From the sequence record ON286975: a stretch of 64,000 nucleotides of DNA, one strand, 5' to 3'. The notes under the pieces were generated by a model. That model had not been told where the DNA came from, did not search any database, and saw nothing but the letters and a program-made list of their open reading frames with translations. The first letter of the stretch is position 1; every line of letters starts with the position of its first letter. The translations under genes and the position numbers were made by a program. Shown here piece after piece: positions 1 through 9,819 of this stretch. This DNA comes from Escherichia phage I29.

Positions 1-103
1 CCGTAGGTCAATGGATGAGTATAATTTTTGACTGTTTGTATATGAAGCGAACATTCAATGATCAAACAAAACTTGTTAACGTTCTTAGAAATGTTGGAGC
101 AAT

Positions 104-439
104 TTGATGACTAAAAATTCTGTAGATAATGCAATTATGGAAGCTGTTTTTGAGGATGATCATACAACAGGGACCATTAAAACAAAAAATACATTTATTG
201 TTGCCACAGGTATGTGGCGGTTGTATGAAGATGACACTATTTCATACATCCTGTACACGGATGATTACGCAGATGACCGTGTATGGTCTGCTGTTTTAAA
301 AGAGGATTGTGAGCTGATTGAGGGCGAGCGGTTATGCATGTTCACCAGTGTGGAAACAGATGTTAAGCTTTGCTCTCTCGTCCTGTTCAAAGATAAGGCT
401 TATGCTCCTGATGAAGGAGAGGAGGATGAGGAAGCATGA
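104..439 (+). CDS. hypothetical protein
   Basis: 111-aa ORF at head of + strand cluster; stop overlaps next ORF start (ATGA). Confidence 0.4.
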   Translation: MMTKNSVDNAIMEAVFEDDHTTGTIKTKNTFIVATGMWRLYEDDTISYILYTDDYADDRVWSAVLKEDCELIEGERLCMFTSVETDVKLCSLVLFKDKAYAPDEGEEDEEA

Positions 440-1065
440 GAGAGCGTCTATTATCCATAGACCAGTCGTTGACACACACAGCTTGCGTTGTATGGGACGA
501 TGGAAAGCCTGTTCACAAGGTTGTGTTACGAACTCAAAGCTCATCTGCAAAAGAGAAGAAACCAGGGACGGTTTCTTTTGCAACAGCTGCTGAGCGTATT
601 GACTGGATCTGCAAACAGGTCAGATATTATATCCACACGCACCACGTTGACACCGTGGTTATGGAAGGGCTTTCCTTTGGATCACGCGGGGATGCCACAC
701 GTGAACTGGCTGGGTTGTTTTACGGTCTCGAAGTTATGCTTTGGGATGCTTTAGCTGATTGTGAAAATGACGGCCTGTTTAAGGTTCACACAGTGACACC
801 AACAACTGCCAAAAAGTTTGCTCGTAGTCATCTTCCTGAGGAACTTGCTTTTGAGGAGAAGAAAAAGCTTGACAAAAGGACAGGTAAAGAGCATACTGTG
901 AAGAAACCTGTTACGATGGATAAAAAGTTGATGGTTAAGGCCTGCGAAGTATCTGAACCTGGGTTCCTAGATGGGATCAATTTGGTACAAGGTAAGGCCG
1001 ATCTTGCAGATGCTTATTGGATAGGCAGGGCGCATCTGGAGGGATTATCGCAAAGCGTAAAATAA
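436..1065 (+). CDS. RuvC-like (RNase H-fold) resolvase, tentative
   Basis: N-terminal LSIDQSLTHTACVV resembles RuvC/YqgF first strand with catalytic Asp; VMEGLSF acidic motif; weak similarity only. Confidence 0.35.
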   Translation: MRERLLSIDQSLTHTACVVWDDGKPVHKVVLRTQSSSAKEKKPGTVSFATAAERIDWICKQVRYYIHTHHVDTVVMEGLSFGSRGDATRELAGLFYGLEVMLWDALADCENDGLFKVHTVTPTTAKKFARSHLPEELAFEEKKKLDKRTGKEHTVKKPVTMDKKLMVKACEVSEPGFLDGINLVQGKADLADAYWIGRAHLEGLSQSVK

Positions 1066-1622
1066 GAAAGAAAGCTGTCAAAGCTCCCGTTCATAACGGG
1101 TGGTTAAAAGATTCTAAGGACATAGCCAACTTTCGAAAAGAATTGTCAGAGGAGCAGGATGGTCTTGATCCAATCTTGTGCGAGCCACTTCGTAAGCCTT
1201 GTTTAGATCATGATCATCTGACTGGTCGTTGCAGGGGTGTTTTGTCTCAATGCACTAATACCTTTGAGGGGTATGTGCTTAAATACTGGATGAAATACTG
1301 TAACGAGTATACAGATTGCAGTTTATCAGAGGCGTTGCGCCGGATGGCTGACTATTTGGAGAAAGACTACAGCGACTTCCCGCTCCACAAAAACTACAGA
1401 GATGATATGACAAAGTTCTTGAGGAGATGCTCTAAAGCTACGATCATTGCACGAGCAGAATCAGATCTCAATCTTGTCATTAATCCGGAGTGCACCAAGC
1501 ATGAGGCTATTGAGTTCTACATGCAGGAGTTTATAAAGAAAACTGAGGAGAGAGATTTCTATGGGGATGAAAAAGGTATTCAATCCTTGCGACTCAGTCC
1601 TGATCAGGATGAAATACCGTAA
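1017..1622 (+). CDS. recombination endonuclease VII-like (T4 gp49 family)
   Basis: CLDHDHLTGRCRGVLSQCTNTFEG matches endo VII core (HLDHDH..G..RGLLCNLCN..EG); true start uncertain, overlaps upstream ORF. Confidence 0.6.
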   Translation: MDRQGASGGIIAKRKIRKKAVKAPVHNGWLKDSKDIANFRKELSEEQDGLDPILCEPLRKPCLDHDHLTGRCRGVLSQCTNTFEGYVLKYWMKYCNEYTDCSLSEALRRMADYLEKDYSDFPLHKNYRDDMTKFLRRCSKATIIARAESDLNLVINPECTKHEAIEFYMQEFIKKTEERDFYGDEKGIQSLRLSPDQDEIP

Positions 1623-1782
1623 CTGGAAAGGTGTTGTTGCAGATCGCTGCGTTACTGAGCCTAATTTATGGTTTGGCTCTACAGAGTATCATAAAGAAGA
1701 GCAGTGGTTGATGCGTGCCTTCGATGTAGACAAGGGCGAATATCGTGACTTCGCTTTAAAAGACATTCTTCAGTTTTACTAA
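1609..1782 (+). CDS. hypothetical protein
   Basis: 57-aa ORF from ATG 1609 (MKYRNWKG...), overlaps endo VII 3' end; weak RBS. Confidence 0.25.
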   Translation: MKYRNWKGVVADRCVTEPNLWFGSTEYHKEEQWLMRAFDVDKGEYRDFALKDILQFY

Positions 1783-1794
1783 GGAATCTTAACG

Positions 1795-2778
1795 ATGATG
1801 ACAAAGTTAACTCTTGAGCAAATTTTAACACTAAAGCAACAGGGATACACTAATAGACAAATTGCTCGTGAATTTTTAGGCCGTGAGTCACGTGAGAGCT
1901 GGATCCGACTACAGCTTAAACGTGCACAAGAGAATATGTCAGAGATTGTAGGAGAAGCAACGGAGCGCTTCCTTGAAGAGCACAAAGGCGCTAAAGTTTG
2001 GGTGTATGATACAGAGACATCCCCAACAAACGGCTGGTTCTTTGGGCACTATAAGACCAACATTCAAACCTGTGGTATTGAAGTTATGCCTTATATGCTA
2101 ACTTTCGCAGGTAAGTGGTTAGACAGCCCTAGTGTGGTTGACTGCGCTCTTCCCGATTACAAAATGTGGGATGAGGATATTCACAATGATCTCGAATTGA
2201 TTCAGGATTTGTGGTATTATCTGGATAAATGCGATGTCGCAGTAGCCCACAATTCAGGTTTTGACTGCGGGTGGGCCAACCAACGATTTGCATTTCACGG
2301 GTTGCCTCCAACAAGCCCCTACAAAGAGGTTGACACCCTTAAAATGATCAAGAAGGCATTCCGTTTGAATGCAAACACTTTGGAGTATGCATGCAAATAC
2401 TTCCAACTGGCCAGACAGAAACTGATTGATCACACATTTGAAATGTGGATCAAGTGTGTCCATGGCGATCTTGAGGCATTTAAACAGATGCGGGAGTATA
2501 ATGTTGGTGATATCCTGTCTCTGGAAGGACTGTATTTGCTGGCTCGCCCGTTTGCTAAGCAGCACCCAAACATGTCATTGTACTACCAGGACGAGGAGCC
2601 AAAGGTTCGTTGCCCACGCTGTGGTGGAGAACACCTTCACGAGGAAGAAGCTTTGGCATATACTCAGCTGAGTGCATTTAAAACATACCGCTGCGAAGGT
2701 TGTGGATCTGTTGTTCGTGACCGTAACAACATCCGTACCAGAGAAGAAATGAAAAACACCCTGATTCAGATAATCTAA
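1795..2778 (+). CDS. DnaQ-like DEDDh 3'-5' exonuclease with N-terminal HTH and C-terminal zinc ribbon
   Basis: Exo I YDTET, Exo III AHNSGFD (Hx4D); N-terminal NRQIAREF HTH-like; CPRCGG...CEGCG. Confidence 0.6.
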   Translation: MMTKLTLEQILTLKQQGYTNRQIAREFLGRESRESWIRLQLKRAQENMSEIVGEATERFLEEHKGAKVWVYDTETSPTNGWFFGHYKTNIQTCGIEVMPYMLTFAGKWLDSPSVVDCALPDYKMWDEDIHNDLELIQDLWYYLDKCDVAVAHNSGFDCGWANQRFAFHGLPPTSPYKEVDTLKMIKKAFRLNANTLEYACKYFQLARQKLIDHTFEMWIKCVHGDLEAFKQMREYNVGDILSLEGLYLLARPFAKQHPNMSLYYQDEEPKVRCPRCGGEHLHEEEALAYTQLSAFKTYRCEGCGSVVRDRNNIRTREEMKNTLIQII

Positions 2779-2786
2779 CAATTATA

Positions 2787-2808
2787 GGGAGGCTTGCGCC
2801 TCCCTTTT
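2787..2808 (+). terminator. intrinsic terminator hairpin
   Basis: gggaggc-ttgc-gcctccc followed by TTTT. Confidence 0.5.
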
Positions 2809-2823
2809 CCTTTTGGAGGCACT

Positions 2824-3642
2824 TTGAGCAAGAAAGAGTCCAACGACAAATATTACACAAACCCTGAGTATGCAGAATATCTTGTTGGTAAAGTAAAAGA
2901 TAAGTATGGAAATTGTGCATACGTTGAGCCTTCTGCTGGAAGAGGTTCTTTTTCAAAACTATTTTCAGAGATACTGTCGTACGATTTAGTACCAGATCCT
3001 GAATTTGAAGGGCCAACACCGTGCATTCAGGCAAACTTCTTGGAGGTGCACCCCAAGGCAGATGTCTTCATAGGTAACCCACCATTTGGCAAGAATTCAT
3101 CTTTAGCTTGCAAATTCTTCAACCATTGTGCATCATTGCTAGAGCTTGGAGGGGCCATAGCCTTCATCTTGCCACGGACATTTGAAAAAATATTTTTTGC
3201 AAACAAATTGGACATGTCGATGCACCTTGTCTACAGCGAAAGGTGCCCTAAGAATTCGTTTTTACTTAATGGCAAACCTTATGACGTGCCGTGTGTTTTC
3301 CAAATTTGGGAGAAAAAGGCGTGTAATAGGGATCCTGTAGAGATTGGAGAGAATAAGTTATTTTCTTTTAGCACTCCAGATGACTACGACTTCTGTGTAA
3401 GACGTGTTGGGTATAATGCTGGAAAAGTATTGGGGGATGATGACCCAAAATCTGAAGAATCGACATATTTCATAAAATCTTTAGTTGACGGTGTTGACAG
3501 AGTGTTTTCTGAATGCTATTCTTCTTTTCAAGAAGAAGCAGGTAAGACTGCCGGAATGAAGAGTATAGGCAAGAAAGAACTACAATACATTTTGGAGACC
3601 AGGTATGATCAAAAGCATAGACTTGACCAAAGAACTCACTGA
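2824..3642 (+). CDS. DNA N6-adenine methyltransferase
   Basis: Motif I EPSAGRGSF, motif IV NPPFG, YYT N-terminal motif; start placed at in-frame TTG after terminator hairpin and GGAGG (track ORF begins 2794). Confidence 0.65.
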   Translation: MSKKESNDKYYTNPEYAEYLVGKVKDKYGNCAYVEPSAGRGSFSKLFSEILSYDLVPDPEFEGPTPCIQANFLEVHPKADVFIGNPPFGKNSSLACKFFNHCASLLELGGAIAFILPRTFEKIFFANKLDMSMHLVYSERCPKNSFLLNGKPYDVPCVFQIWEKKACNRDPVEIGENKLFSFSTPDDYDFCVRRVGYNAGKVLGDDDPKSEESTYFIKSLVDGVDRVFSECYSSFQEEAGKTAGMKSIGKKELQYILETRYDQKHRLDQRTH

Positions 3643-4063
3643 TGCGAAAGCTTTTGGTGAGACAGCGGTACAAAGGGGGCAGGCAATGGGACTGGCACTA
3701 CCTTTCGTCTTAAAAGAGCACTTTACAGATTTTCAACTTATCAAGGGCGATAAGGGAATGCTTATCCTGGAGCATAAGTTGAGTAAGAAACGCTATAAAG
3801 TTGTTTTTAATTCTAAAGCTCCAACAAAACTGGGATTCAGAACTTACAATCTTAACCCATCCTACACTAAGGGTGTTGGAAGGGTAGAACAACAGCATTT
3901 CAGTGCCAGAGCTTCTTTAGCCCCTTTGATGCTAAATTTCTCAGGGGTGGCTTTAGGATACCTTGATAAGAAAAGAGTTCTTCATGTCCGTTTCACAGAC
4001 TTTGTAACGCTTTTAGCTAACAACGAGGTTGATGAAAAGGGACGTGTAAAAACAAACTTCTAA
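3605..4063 (+). CDS. hypothetical protein
   Basis: 152-aa ORF on cluster strand, overlaps methyltransferase 3' end. Confidence 0.4.
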   Translation: MIKSIDLTKELTDAKAFGETAVQRGQAMGLALPFVLKEHFTDFQLIKGDKGMLILEHKLSKKRYKVVFNSKAPTKLGFRTYNLNPSYTKGVGRVEQQHFSARASLAPLMLNFSGVALGYLDKKRVLHVRFTDFVTLLANNEVDEKGRVKTNF

Positions 4064-4090
4064 TAACGCATAATATGATTGGAGACCACA

Positions 4091-4282
4091 ATGACACTAA
4101 AGTTAACAATTCCAGACAGCTTTTCAGAAAACTTTATCCCAGAAATGATGAGTAAGATGCGATCATTGCTTGATCAGATTGAGGAGGCTGTTTGGGAAGA
4201 CGATGCTGTAGTGGCTAACGAGCTGGTAGATAAGTGTAAAAGTATTATTGATGCAGTTGAAGAATACCACGGAGGTTTTTGA
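4091..4282 (+). CDS. hypothetical protein
   Basis: ATG 4091 preceded by GGAG; stop overlaps next start (ATGA). Confidence 0.4.
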   Translation: MTLKLTIPDSFSENFIPEMMSKMRSLLDQIEEAVWEDDAVVANELVDKCKSIIDAVEEYHGGF

Positions 4283-4896
4283 TGGATATTATTGTTCTTA
4301 ACGCCCCACCCAGCAGTGGTAAGGATCACATTGCAGATCTCTTGTTGGAAGCTATTCCTAACTCACACCACCGTGAGGTTAAGGAGATGCTCTTCAGTGT
4401 GGCAATTAAGGCAGCTGGTGTAACTCCTCAACTCTGGAATGCCCTTTATGACCGCCACTACAAAGAAGAGCCTTGCCCTTTCTTAATGATAGACGGCAAG
4501 CATGTTTCTCCGCGAGAATGGATGATCCATTGTAGTGAAAATCTGATTAAACCTATCTTTGGTGAAGATGCTTTCGGTAAAGCCGCAGTCACATCTTTGA
4601 AGAAAGATTTCCCTGAAGGTAAAGGGGTTATTGTTTACTCCGATGGGGGATTCAAAGAGGAGCTGGCATGCCTTAGTGAGTACGCATACAGTACAGGTGG
4701 AGATCTGTTGTTGTTCCGTATTCACCGTGTAGGATATGACTGGGGAAATGATTCCAGAACCTACCTAAGTCTGGAAAAGAACGGAATAAAAGGGGTTGAG
4801 TTTGATGTTGTAAACCCTGAAGGTGCACCTTGGGAGTGTGCATCGGAGATTGTGTGCAAGTATATTGATGCTAAAGAGGCCCAAGAAGAATGTTAA
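4279..4896 (+). CDS. deoxynucleoside monophosphate kinase-like P-loop protein
   Basis: N-terminal P-loop-like NAPPSSGKD HIADLL, resembling phage dNMP kinases. Confidence 0.5.
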   Translation: MMDIIVLNAPPSSGKDHIADLLLEAIPNSHHREVKEMLFSVAIKAAGVTPQLWNALYDRHYKEEPCPFLMIDGKHVSPREWMIHCSENLIKPIFGEDAFGKAAVTSLKKDFPEGKGVIVYSDGGFKEELACLSEYAYSTGGDLLLFRIHRVGYDWGNDSRTYLSLEKNGIKGVEFDVVNPEGAPWECASEIVCKYIDAKEAQEEC

Positions 4897-5483
4897 TCGG
4901 AATTGATGTAGATCTGACACTGGTAGATTCAGGAACAGCATGGTGGGAGTGGTTGGAGCGTTTGTATGGTCCAGCCAGTAAGACAGTCGCTAAACCTTCT
5001 AATGGGTTAATGTATTACGATCTGTCAAAGTATTGGCCTGATCGCCCCAAAGAAAACATCATAGGGCCTTTTGATTTCTGGAGTGACCCGTTCCTTTACG
5101 ACTTTCTTAAGCCTGAAGAGGGGGCTATTGAGGTTATGAAAGATTTGGTGGCTCGTGGTCACAAGCTTGCGTTTATCTCGGTATGCAAGAAAGGTCACCT
5201 TGCATCTAAATCAAGGTTCTTAAAGCGTTGGACCAGTGATTTTATGGATCTGGACGATCACACCCAGGGCCACGGATTCTACGCCACACATTTCAAAGGG
5301 AATGTGGCTGTAGATGTTATAATTGACGACAGGCATGAATACCTGAACCAATTCGCTTCACGACCTGAAGTTATTAAAATCCTAAAAGATACGCCTTATG
5401 AGCAATTCGAGGAGTTAAAGGTCAGTATTGACTATACCGCCAATAGCTGGTATAAAATAGGAAAGTTTTTAGAAGGTATTTGA
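4890..5483 (+). CDS. HAD-superfamily phosphatase (putative 5'-deoxynucleotidase)
   Basis: HAD motif I IGIDVDLTLVDS (DxDxT) and VIIDDR motif; adjacent to nucleotide-metabolism genes. Confidence 0.5.
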   Translation: MLIGIDVDLTLVDSGTAWWEWLERLYGPASKTVAKPSNGLMYYDLSKYWPDRPKENIIGPFDFWSDPFLYDFLKPEEGAIEVMKDLVARGHKLAFISVCKKGHLASKSRFLKRWTSDFMDLDDHTQGHGFYATHFKGNVAVDVIIDDRHEYLNQFASRPEVIKILKDTPYEQFEELKVSIDYTANSWYKIGKFLEGI

Positions 5484-5484
5484 A

Positions 5485-5685
5485 ATGGGCAGATGTTCTA
5501 AAGGTGGCGATCCTGTAGTCAGATACGGAGACTGGCTAGAGGTATATAATCTGGAGGGAAAGCTAGTGTATGCTTCCAGGATCACCCAGGATATGTGCTC
5601 TGATATGTTTAACAGGTACCTTGCATTTAAGGCCAACATAAACCCAGACGAAATTTCCAAAATTAAAACAAGGAGAGCTAAATAA
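5485..5685 (+). CDS. hypothetical protein
   Basis: 66-aa ORF with GAAGG RBS; stop overlaps thyX start. Confidence 0.4.
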   Translation: MGRCSKGGDPVVRYGDWLEVYNLEGKLVYASRITQDMCSDMFNRYLAFKANINPDEISKIKTRRAK

Positions 5686-6668
5686 TGCTAAAACTGTGCA
5701 CTGCAAAGATTATTGCTGACAGCATTTCCGAGAAAGGTAAGCGTATAACCACTTTTGAGCTAGAGTATCCTAGAATCATTCACTCTGAACTCATGACACA
5801 CCGAGTTTTCAGCAGAAACGCCATGTCCTCTCGTGCAGTACCTGTTAACAAAATGCTGCAGCAGGTTGTGGAAAATCCTGCAATGCCAGTTCGTTTTGGT
5901 GTAAACCAGCGAGGTATGGAGGATGGTGGCGATCACGATCAGAAGATCCGTGTAGAGTATACTGATCTTGAGTTCTCTCCTGAAGAGTTCTGGAAAGAAG
6001 CTGCCAAAAATGCAGCCTGGCATGCAGAGAAGTTCGCACTTGCTGGTTACCATAAGCAAGTATGTAACCGCTTAGTGGAGCCTTTTCAGCGCATGAAAAC
6101 AGTTGTAACAAGCACCGAGTGGAATAATTTTTTCCACCTCCGTTGCTGGCACGATGCGGATCCTACGATTCAGATGTTGGCTAATTGTATGTGGGAGGCT
6201 CTTGGGAATAGCACTCCTGAAATCCTTAAACCGGGTCAATGGCACACCCCATATGTAGAGCACGTTTATTTGGACGGAGAGTTTAACTACGCTGTGCGTG
6301 ACACAGAAGGAAAGCTCTGCATTCTCGATACTAAAGAAGCTCTGTCTATCAGTGCTAGTTGCTGTGCACAAGTATCTTATCGAAATATTGACAGCACGTT
6401 TGAAAAGGCAGACAGTGTGGCTAAAAAATTGATTGGTGGGGATCGTATTCATGCAAGCCCTTACGAGCACCAGGCAACACCTATGGATCACGATAACGCA
6501 ATGGAACGTTTAAACTACTACCTGTCTTCATGTGAAATCACACAAGACATCAGTACTTGGCAGGAAGGTGTAACCCATCAAGACCGTGATGGTAAATTCT
6601 GGTCTGCCAACTTTTGTGGGTGGGTTCAGCACAGACAACTGCTTAATAACCACTTCGTGAAAGGTTAA
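5685..6668 (+). CDS. thyX: flavin-dependent thymidylate synthase ThyX
   Basis: ThyX signature region LMTHRVFSRNAMSSRAV (RHR-x7-S-like); AGGAGAG RBS. Confidence 0.7.
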   Translation: MLKLCTAKIIADSISEKGKRITTFELEYPRIIHSELMTHRVFSRNAMSSRAVPVNKMLQQVVENPAMPVRFGVNQRGMEDGGDHDQKIRVEYTDLEFSPEEFWKEAAKNAAWHAEKFALAGYHKQVCNRLVEPFQRMKTVVTSTEWNNFFHLRCWHDADPTIQMLANCMWEALGNSTPEILKPGQWHTPYVEHVYLDGEFNYAVRDTEGKLCILDTKEALSISASCCAQVSYRNIDSTFEKADSVAKKLIGGDRIHASPYEHQATPMDHDNAMERLNYYLSSCEITQDISTWQEGVTHQDRDGKFWSANFCGWVQHRQLLNNHFVKG

Positions 6669-6697
6669 TCCTATCACAGCGATAGGTAACTTTTGTG

Positions 6698-6726
6698 TTG
6701 ACTAATAGTATCAGATAATCTATAAT
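6698..6726 (+). promoter_or_regulatory. sigma70-type promoter
   Basis: TTGACT-17-TATAAT upstream of ORF 6767. Confidence 0.55.
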
Positions 6727-6766
6727 AATGGCTCACTTTGTTAGTGAGCCAGAAATGGAGACAGAT

Positions 6767-7228
6767 ATGAGTAATGTTATGATTCCTAAAAAGACATTTA
6801 TTTCAGTTACTTTGGATTTCCTATCTACCGTTCCCGGGTTTAACGTTCGCACACGAAACGGTCTCCGAGCTGCACTCTTTGCCGTAGGGTTCGATTTAAA
6901 AAGTATTGATGTTCTTCGTGGAAAAAACGTTCGATGCAAAAATAAGCCAACACATTATCGAAAGGCAGATGTATTTGCTGGTGTCATGCGTGCAGACTTT
7001 AGATATCCGCAAATGTATAACGGTGTAGATATTTTAGATGTAGATAAAGCACCCGGTGAGGCAATGCTTGTTCAAGATCTTCCGTATGATATCCCTGTAG
7101 AGGATCGTGTTAATGTAAGAAAGTATACAAAACAATCTGAAAAGGCTGAAGATATTCATATTGTTGATGAACCTTTCAATTTTGAAGATCTGCATCGCCT
7201 GGAAAAATTATTCGGTATTGAAAGCTAA
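6767..7228 (+). CDS. hypothetical protein (possible HhH-like DNA-binding motif)
   Basis: ATG 6767 after GGAGACAG; FNVRTRNGLRAALFAVGFDL resembles helix-hairpin-helix; weak. Confidence 0.45.
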   Translation: MSNVMIPKKTFISVTLDFLSTVPGFNVRTRNGLRAALFAVGFDLKSIDVLRGKNVRCKNKPTHYRKADVFAGVMRADFRYPQMYNGVDILDVDKAPGEAMLVQDLPYDIPVEDRVNVRKYTKQSEKAEDIHIVDEPFNFEDLHRLEKLFGIES

Positions 7229-7238
7229 GGTGGTGAAG

Positions 7239-7469
7239 ATGAGTCATAACTCCAAGTGGAAGGATCTTGGTTTTGCAAGCCGGGCAGAGTATGTTGGTTG
7301 GCTTTGGTTCAATGGCCTGACAAACGATATTAAAATGTATGATGATGTCTATTATGACGAGTATACAGGTAAAATTATAAATATCTCTGTAGAAGAGGAT
7401 ACTTTTATCCAGCAAGATACTGATACCTGCCTTGATAAATACGTTAGTGAAGTGGAGGAAGCAAATTGA
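7239..7469 (+). CDS. hypothetical protein
   Basis: ATG 7239 after AAGGTGG RBS; overlaps nrdA start. Confidence 0.45.
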   Translation: MSHNSKWKDLGFASRAEYVGWLWFNGLTNDIKMYDDVYYDEYTGKIINISVEEDTFIQQDTDTCLDKYVSEVEEAN

Positions 7470-9781
7470 TCACCAAGGTAATTAAAAGCAACGGATGTGA
7501 AGTGGCATTCGATCCAGAACGTTTAAATAAGGCAGCTATTTTCGGTGACGACGGTAACGGCAATTGGTCACACATTGCACTGGATGCATACAAACGACTG
7601 TATGATGGATGTACAACCAAAGAAGTTAACCAAGCTATCATAGACTCCTGTGTTAGCCGTAAAGACGAAGCACATTCCCGTATGGCTGGTCGTGTTCTTA
7701 TTGGTCAGATTTATAAAGAGGCTTTTGGAGGGTTTACAAAGATCCCTTCCTTACCATCATTTTACAATACCATGGTTGAGAAAGGGTATTGGGAGGATAT
7801 GGGCTATAGCTTTACCGAGCTAAACACTTTAGACGCTGTTATTGACCACAGTAAAGATCTCGGTTATGGCTATGCAGTCCTTAAACAGTTTCGCGACAAA
7901 TACGGGATCAAGGATACTCTTAAAGACACCCTGTTTGAATCTCCCCAGATGATGTTTATGGGGATAGCAATGGCTGTCATGAAGAATATGCCGAAAGAAC
8001 GTCGTATCAACGATGTTGTAAAATTGTACACTTATCTGTCCGACTTAAAGATCAATGCCCCGACACCGTACTTAAACGGGCTGCGCACAGGTAAGACAGG
8101 GTATGCATCTTGTTGTGTAATAAAAGCTGACGATACAGCAAAATCTATTGGTGTGGCACGTGAAGTTGCGTACACAATGACGGTTAACCAAGCAGGTATC
8201 GGCTACTATTTATCATCAAGATCTGCAGGCGATGGTGTTCGTGGTAACACTATTAAACATATGGGTAAGATTCCATATTATCGAGGTATTGATGCTGGGG
8301 TTAAGGAGAACAGACAACAATCACGTGGCGGTTCTGCAACAGTATCATTCCTTGCACTGGACCCGCAGATTGATGAGCTAATCCGTTTGAGAAACCCTAT
8401 GACTGTTGCTTCAAAAAGAATCAACACCATGGACTACTCCATCGGTATTAATAGGTCGTTTATCAACCGTGTGGCTAAGAATTTGGATTGGATGCTTGTT
8501 TCTTATAAGCACGCGCCTCAACTGCATGAGGGTATCTTCACCATGTCTATGGAGGAGTTTGATGCAGAGGTTGATCGTATCGCTAAAGATGACAGTATTC
8601 CTAAAACATGGATCCGAGCTAGAGATCTTGCTGTTGAGCTGATCACGCAGCGTACCGAGGTGGGAAGACTGTACGTATACTGGACAGATGAGATGAATAG
8701 ACATACACCTTTTAAAGATGTGATCTATTCAAGTAACCTGTGTGCAGAAATAGCTCTCCCGACAAAAGGCTATTCAGATATGCGTAATATCTTCAAGCAC
8801 GATGTTGATGATGGCGAAGTTGCATTGTGCTTCCTGTCATCTCTTGTAGCTGGAAGGGTTACCCCAGAGGAGTATGAGGATGTTGCATACTACACGGTGC
8901 TTATGATTGACAATGTTATGGAAATCATGACATATCCGTATGAAAATATGGAAAGCACAGTTAAAAAACGCAGATCCATCGGGGTTGGCCTTACCAATGT
9001 TGCACATTTTATTGCCAGCCACAAGGTTACTTACGGATCTCCTGAAAGTAAACAGCTCGTTCACGATCTTGCAGAACTTCACAGCTACAGCTTGCATAAG
9101 GCAAGTTTACGGTTGGCAAAAGAGCGTGGTGTCTGCGAGTGGATGCATAAAACAAAATATCCAGAAGGTTGGTTACCAATCGACACCTACAACAAAGAGG
9201 TCGATAGCGTGGTGAAAGATCCTTCTCTTAAACAGGATTGGGAAGGGTTACGTAAAGAAATCATTGAAAATGGTGGGCTACGTAATAGCGTTCTTGAAGC
9301 ATATATGCCTAATGAAAGCTCTTCGCTGGCAACAAACACCACTAACGGGGTTTATCCTGTCCGTGAGCACATTATCTTTAAAAAGTCGCCACAAGGGCAG
9401 GTGCTGTTTATCGTTCCTGACTATGATGAGTTGAAAGAGTATTACACCTCGGCTTGGGACGTTGATACTAACGACATGATCGATATGTATGCTGTAATTC
9501 AAAAATTCACAGGTCAGGCAATCAGCGCGGATTTATACATAGACTACACCAAGTTGAAAGATGGTAAAATTTCAATGAAGGAGCAGTTAGGGTACCTTAT
9601 CCGTGCCACTAAATTCGGGATGAAGACATGGTATTATTTAAACTCTAGGGTTGGTGCTGGTGACTCCTTGGCAGAGGAACTTCATGCCAAGAAACAGGCT
9701 GAAGATGAAACCAGAAAGAACTATCCTTTGATTGCAGATAGTTCAGTTGAAGATCCGTATTGCGAAAGCTGTGCACTATAA
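7466..9781 (+). CDS. nrdA: ribonucleoside-diphosphate reductase alpha subunit (class I)
   Basis: 771 aa; N-terminal ATP-cone; class I active-site NLCAEIALPT; TTG start after GGAGGA. Confidence 0.9.
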   Translation: MITKVIKSNGCEVAFDPERLNKAAIFGDDGNGNWSHIALDAYKRLYDGCTTKEVNQAIIDSCVSRKDEAHSRMAGRVLIGQIYKEAFGGFTKIPSLPSFYNTMVEKGYWEDMGYSFTELNTLDAVIDHSKDLGYGYAVLKQFRDKYGIKDTLKDTLFESPQMMFMGIAMAVMKNMPKERRINDVVKLYTYLSDLKINAPTPYLNGLRTGKTGYASCCVIKADDTAKSIGVAREVAYTMTVNQAGIGYYLSSRSAGDGVRGNTIKHMGKIPYYRGIDAGVKENRQQSRGGSATVSFLALDPQIDELIRLRNPMTVASKRINTMDYSIGINRSFINRVAKNLDWMLVSYKHAPQLHEGIFTMSMEEFDAEVDRIAKDDSIPKTWIRARDLAVELITQRTEVGRLYVYWTDEMNRHTPFKDVIYSSNLCAEIALPTKGYSDMRNIFKHDVDDGEVALCFLSSLVAGRVTPEEYEDVAYYTVLMIDNVMEIMTYPYENMESTVKKRRSIGVGLTNVAHFIASHKVTYGSPESKQLVHDLAELHSYSLHKASLRLAKERGVCEWMHKTKYPEGWLPIDTYNKEVDSVVKDPSLKQDWEGLRKEIIENGGLRNSVLEAYMPNESSSLATNTTNGVYPVREHIIFKKSPQGQVLFIVPDYDELKEYYTSAWDVDTNDMIDMYAVIQKFTGQAISADLYIDYTKLKDGKISMKEQLGYLIRATKFGMKTWYYLNSRVGAGDSLAEELHAKKQAEDETRKNYPLIADSSVEDPYCESCAL

Positions 9782-9788
9782 TTTTAAA

Positions 9789-9808
9789 GGGGCTTCGGCC
9801 CCATTTTA
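9789..9808 (+). terminator. hairpin with UUCG loop after nrdA
   Basis: ggggc-ttcg-gcccc followed by ATTTT. Confidence 0.45.
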
Positions 9809-9819
9809 GAGGTAGAATA

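Noticed and set aside
8411-9502. Minus-strand ORFs inside nrdA (also 10242-10436, 11294-12020, 12908-13111 within nrdB/nrdD)
   Set aside because: They are antisense to strongly supported conserved genes and have no ribosome-binding sites.
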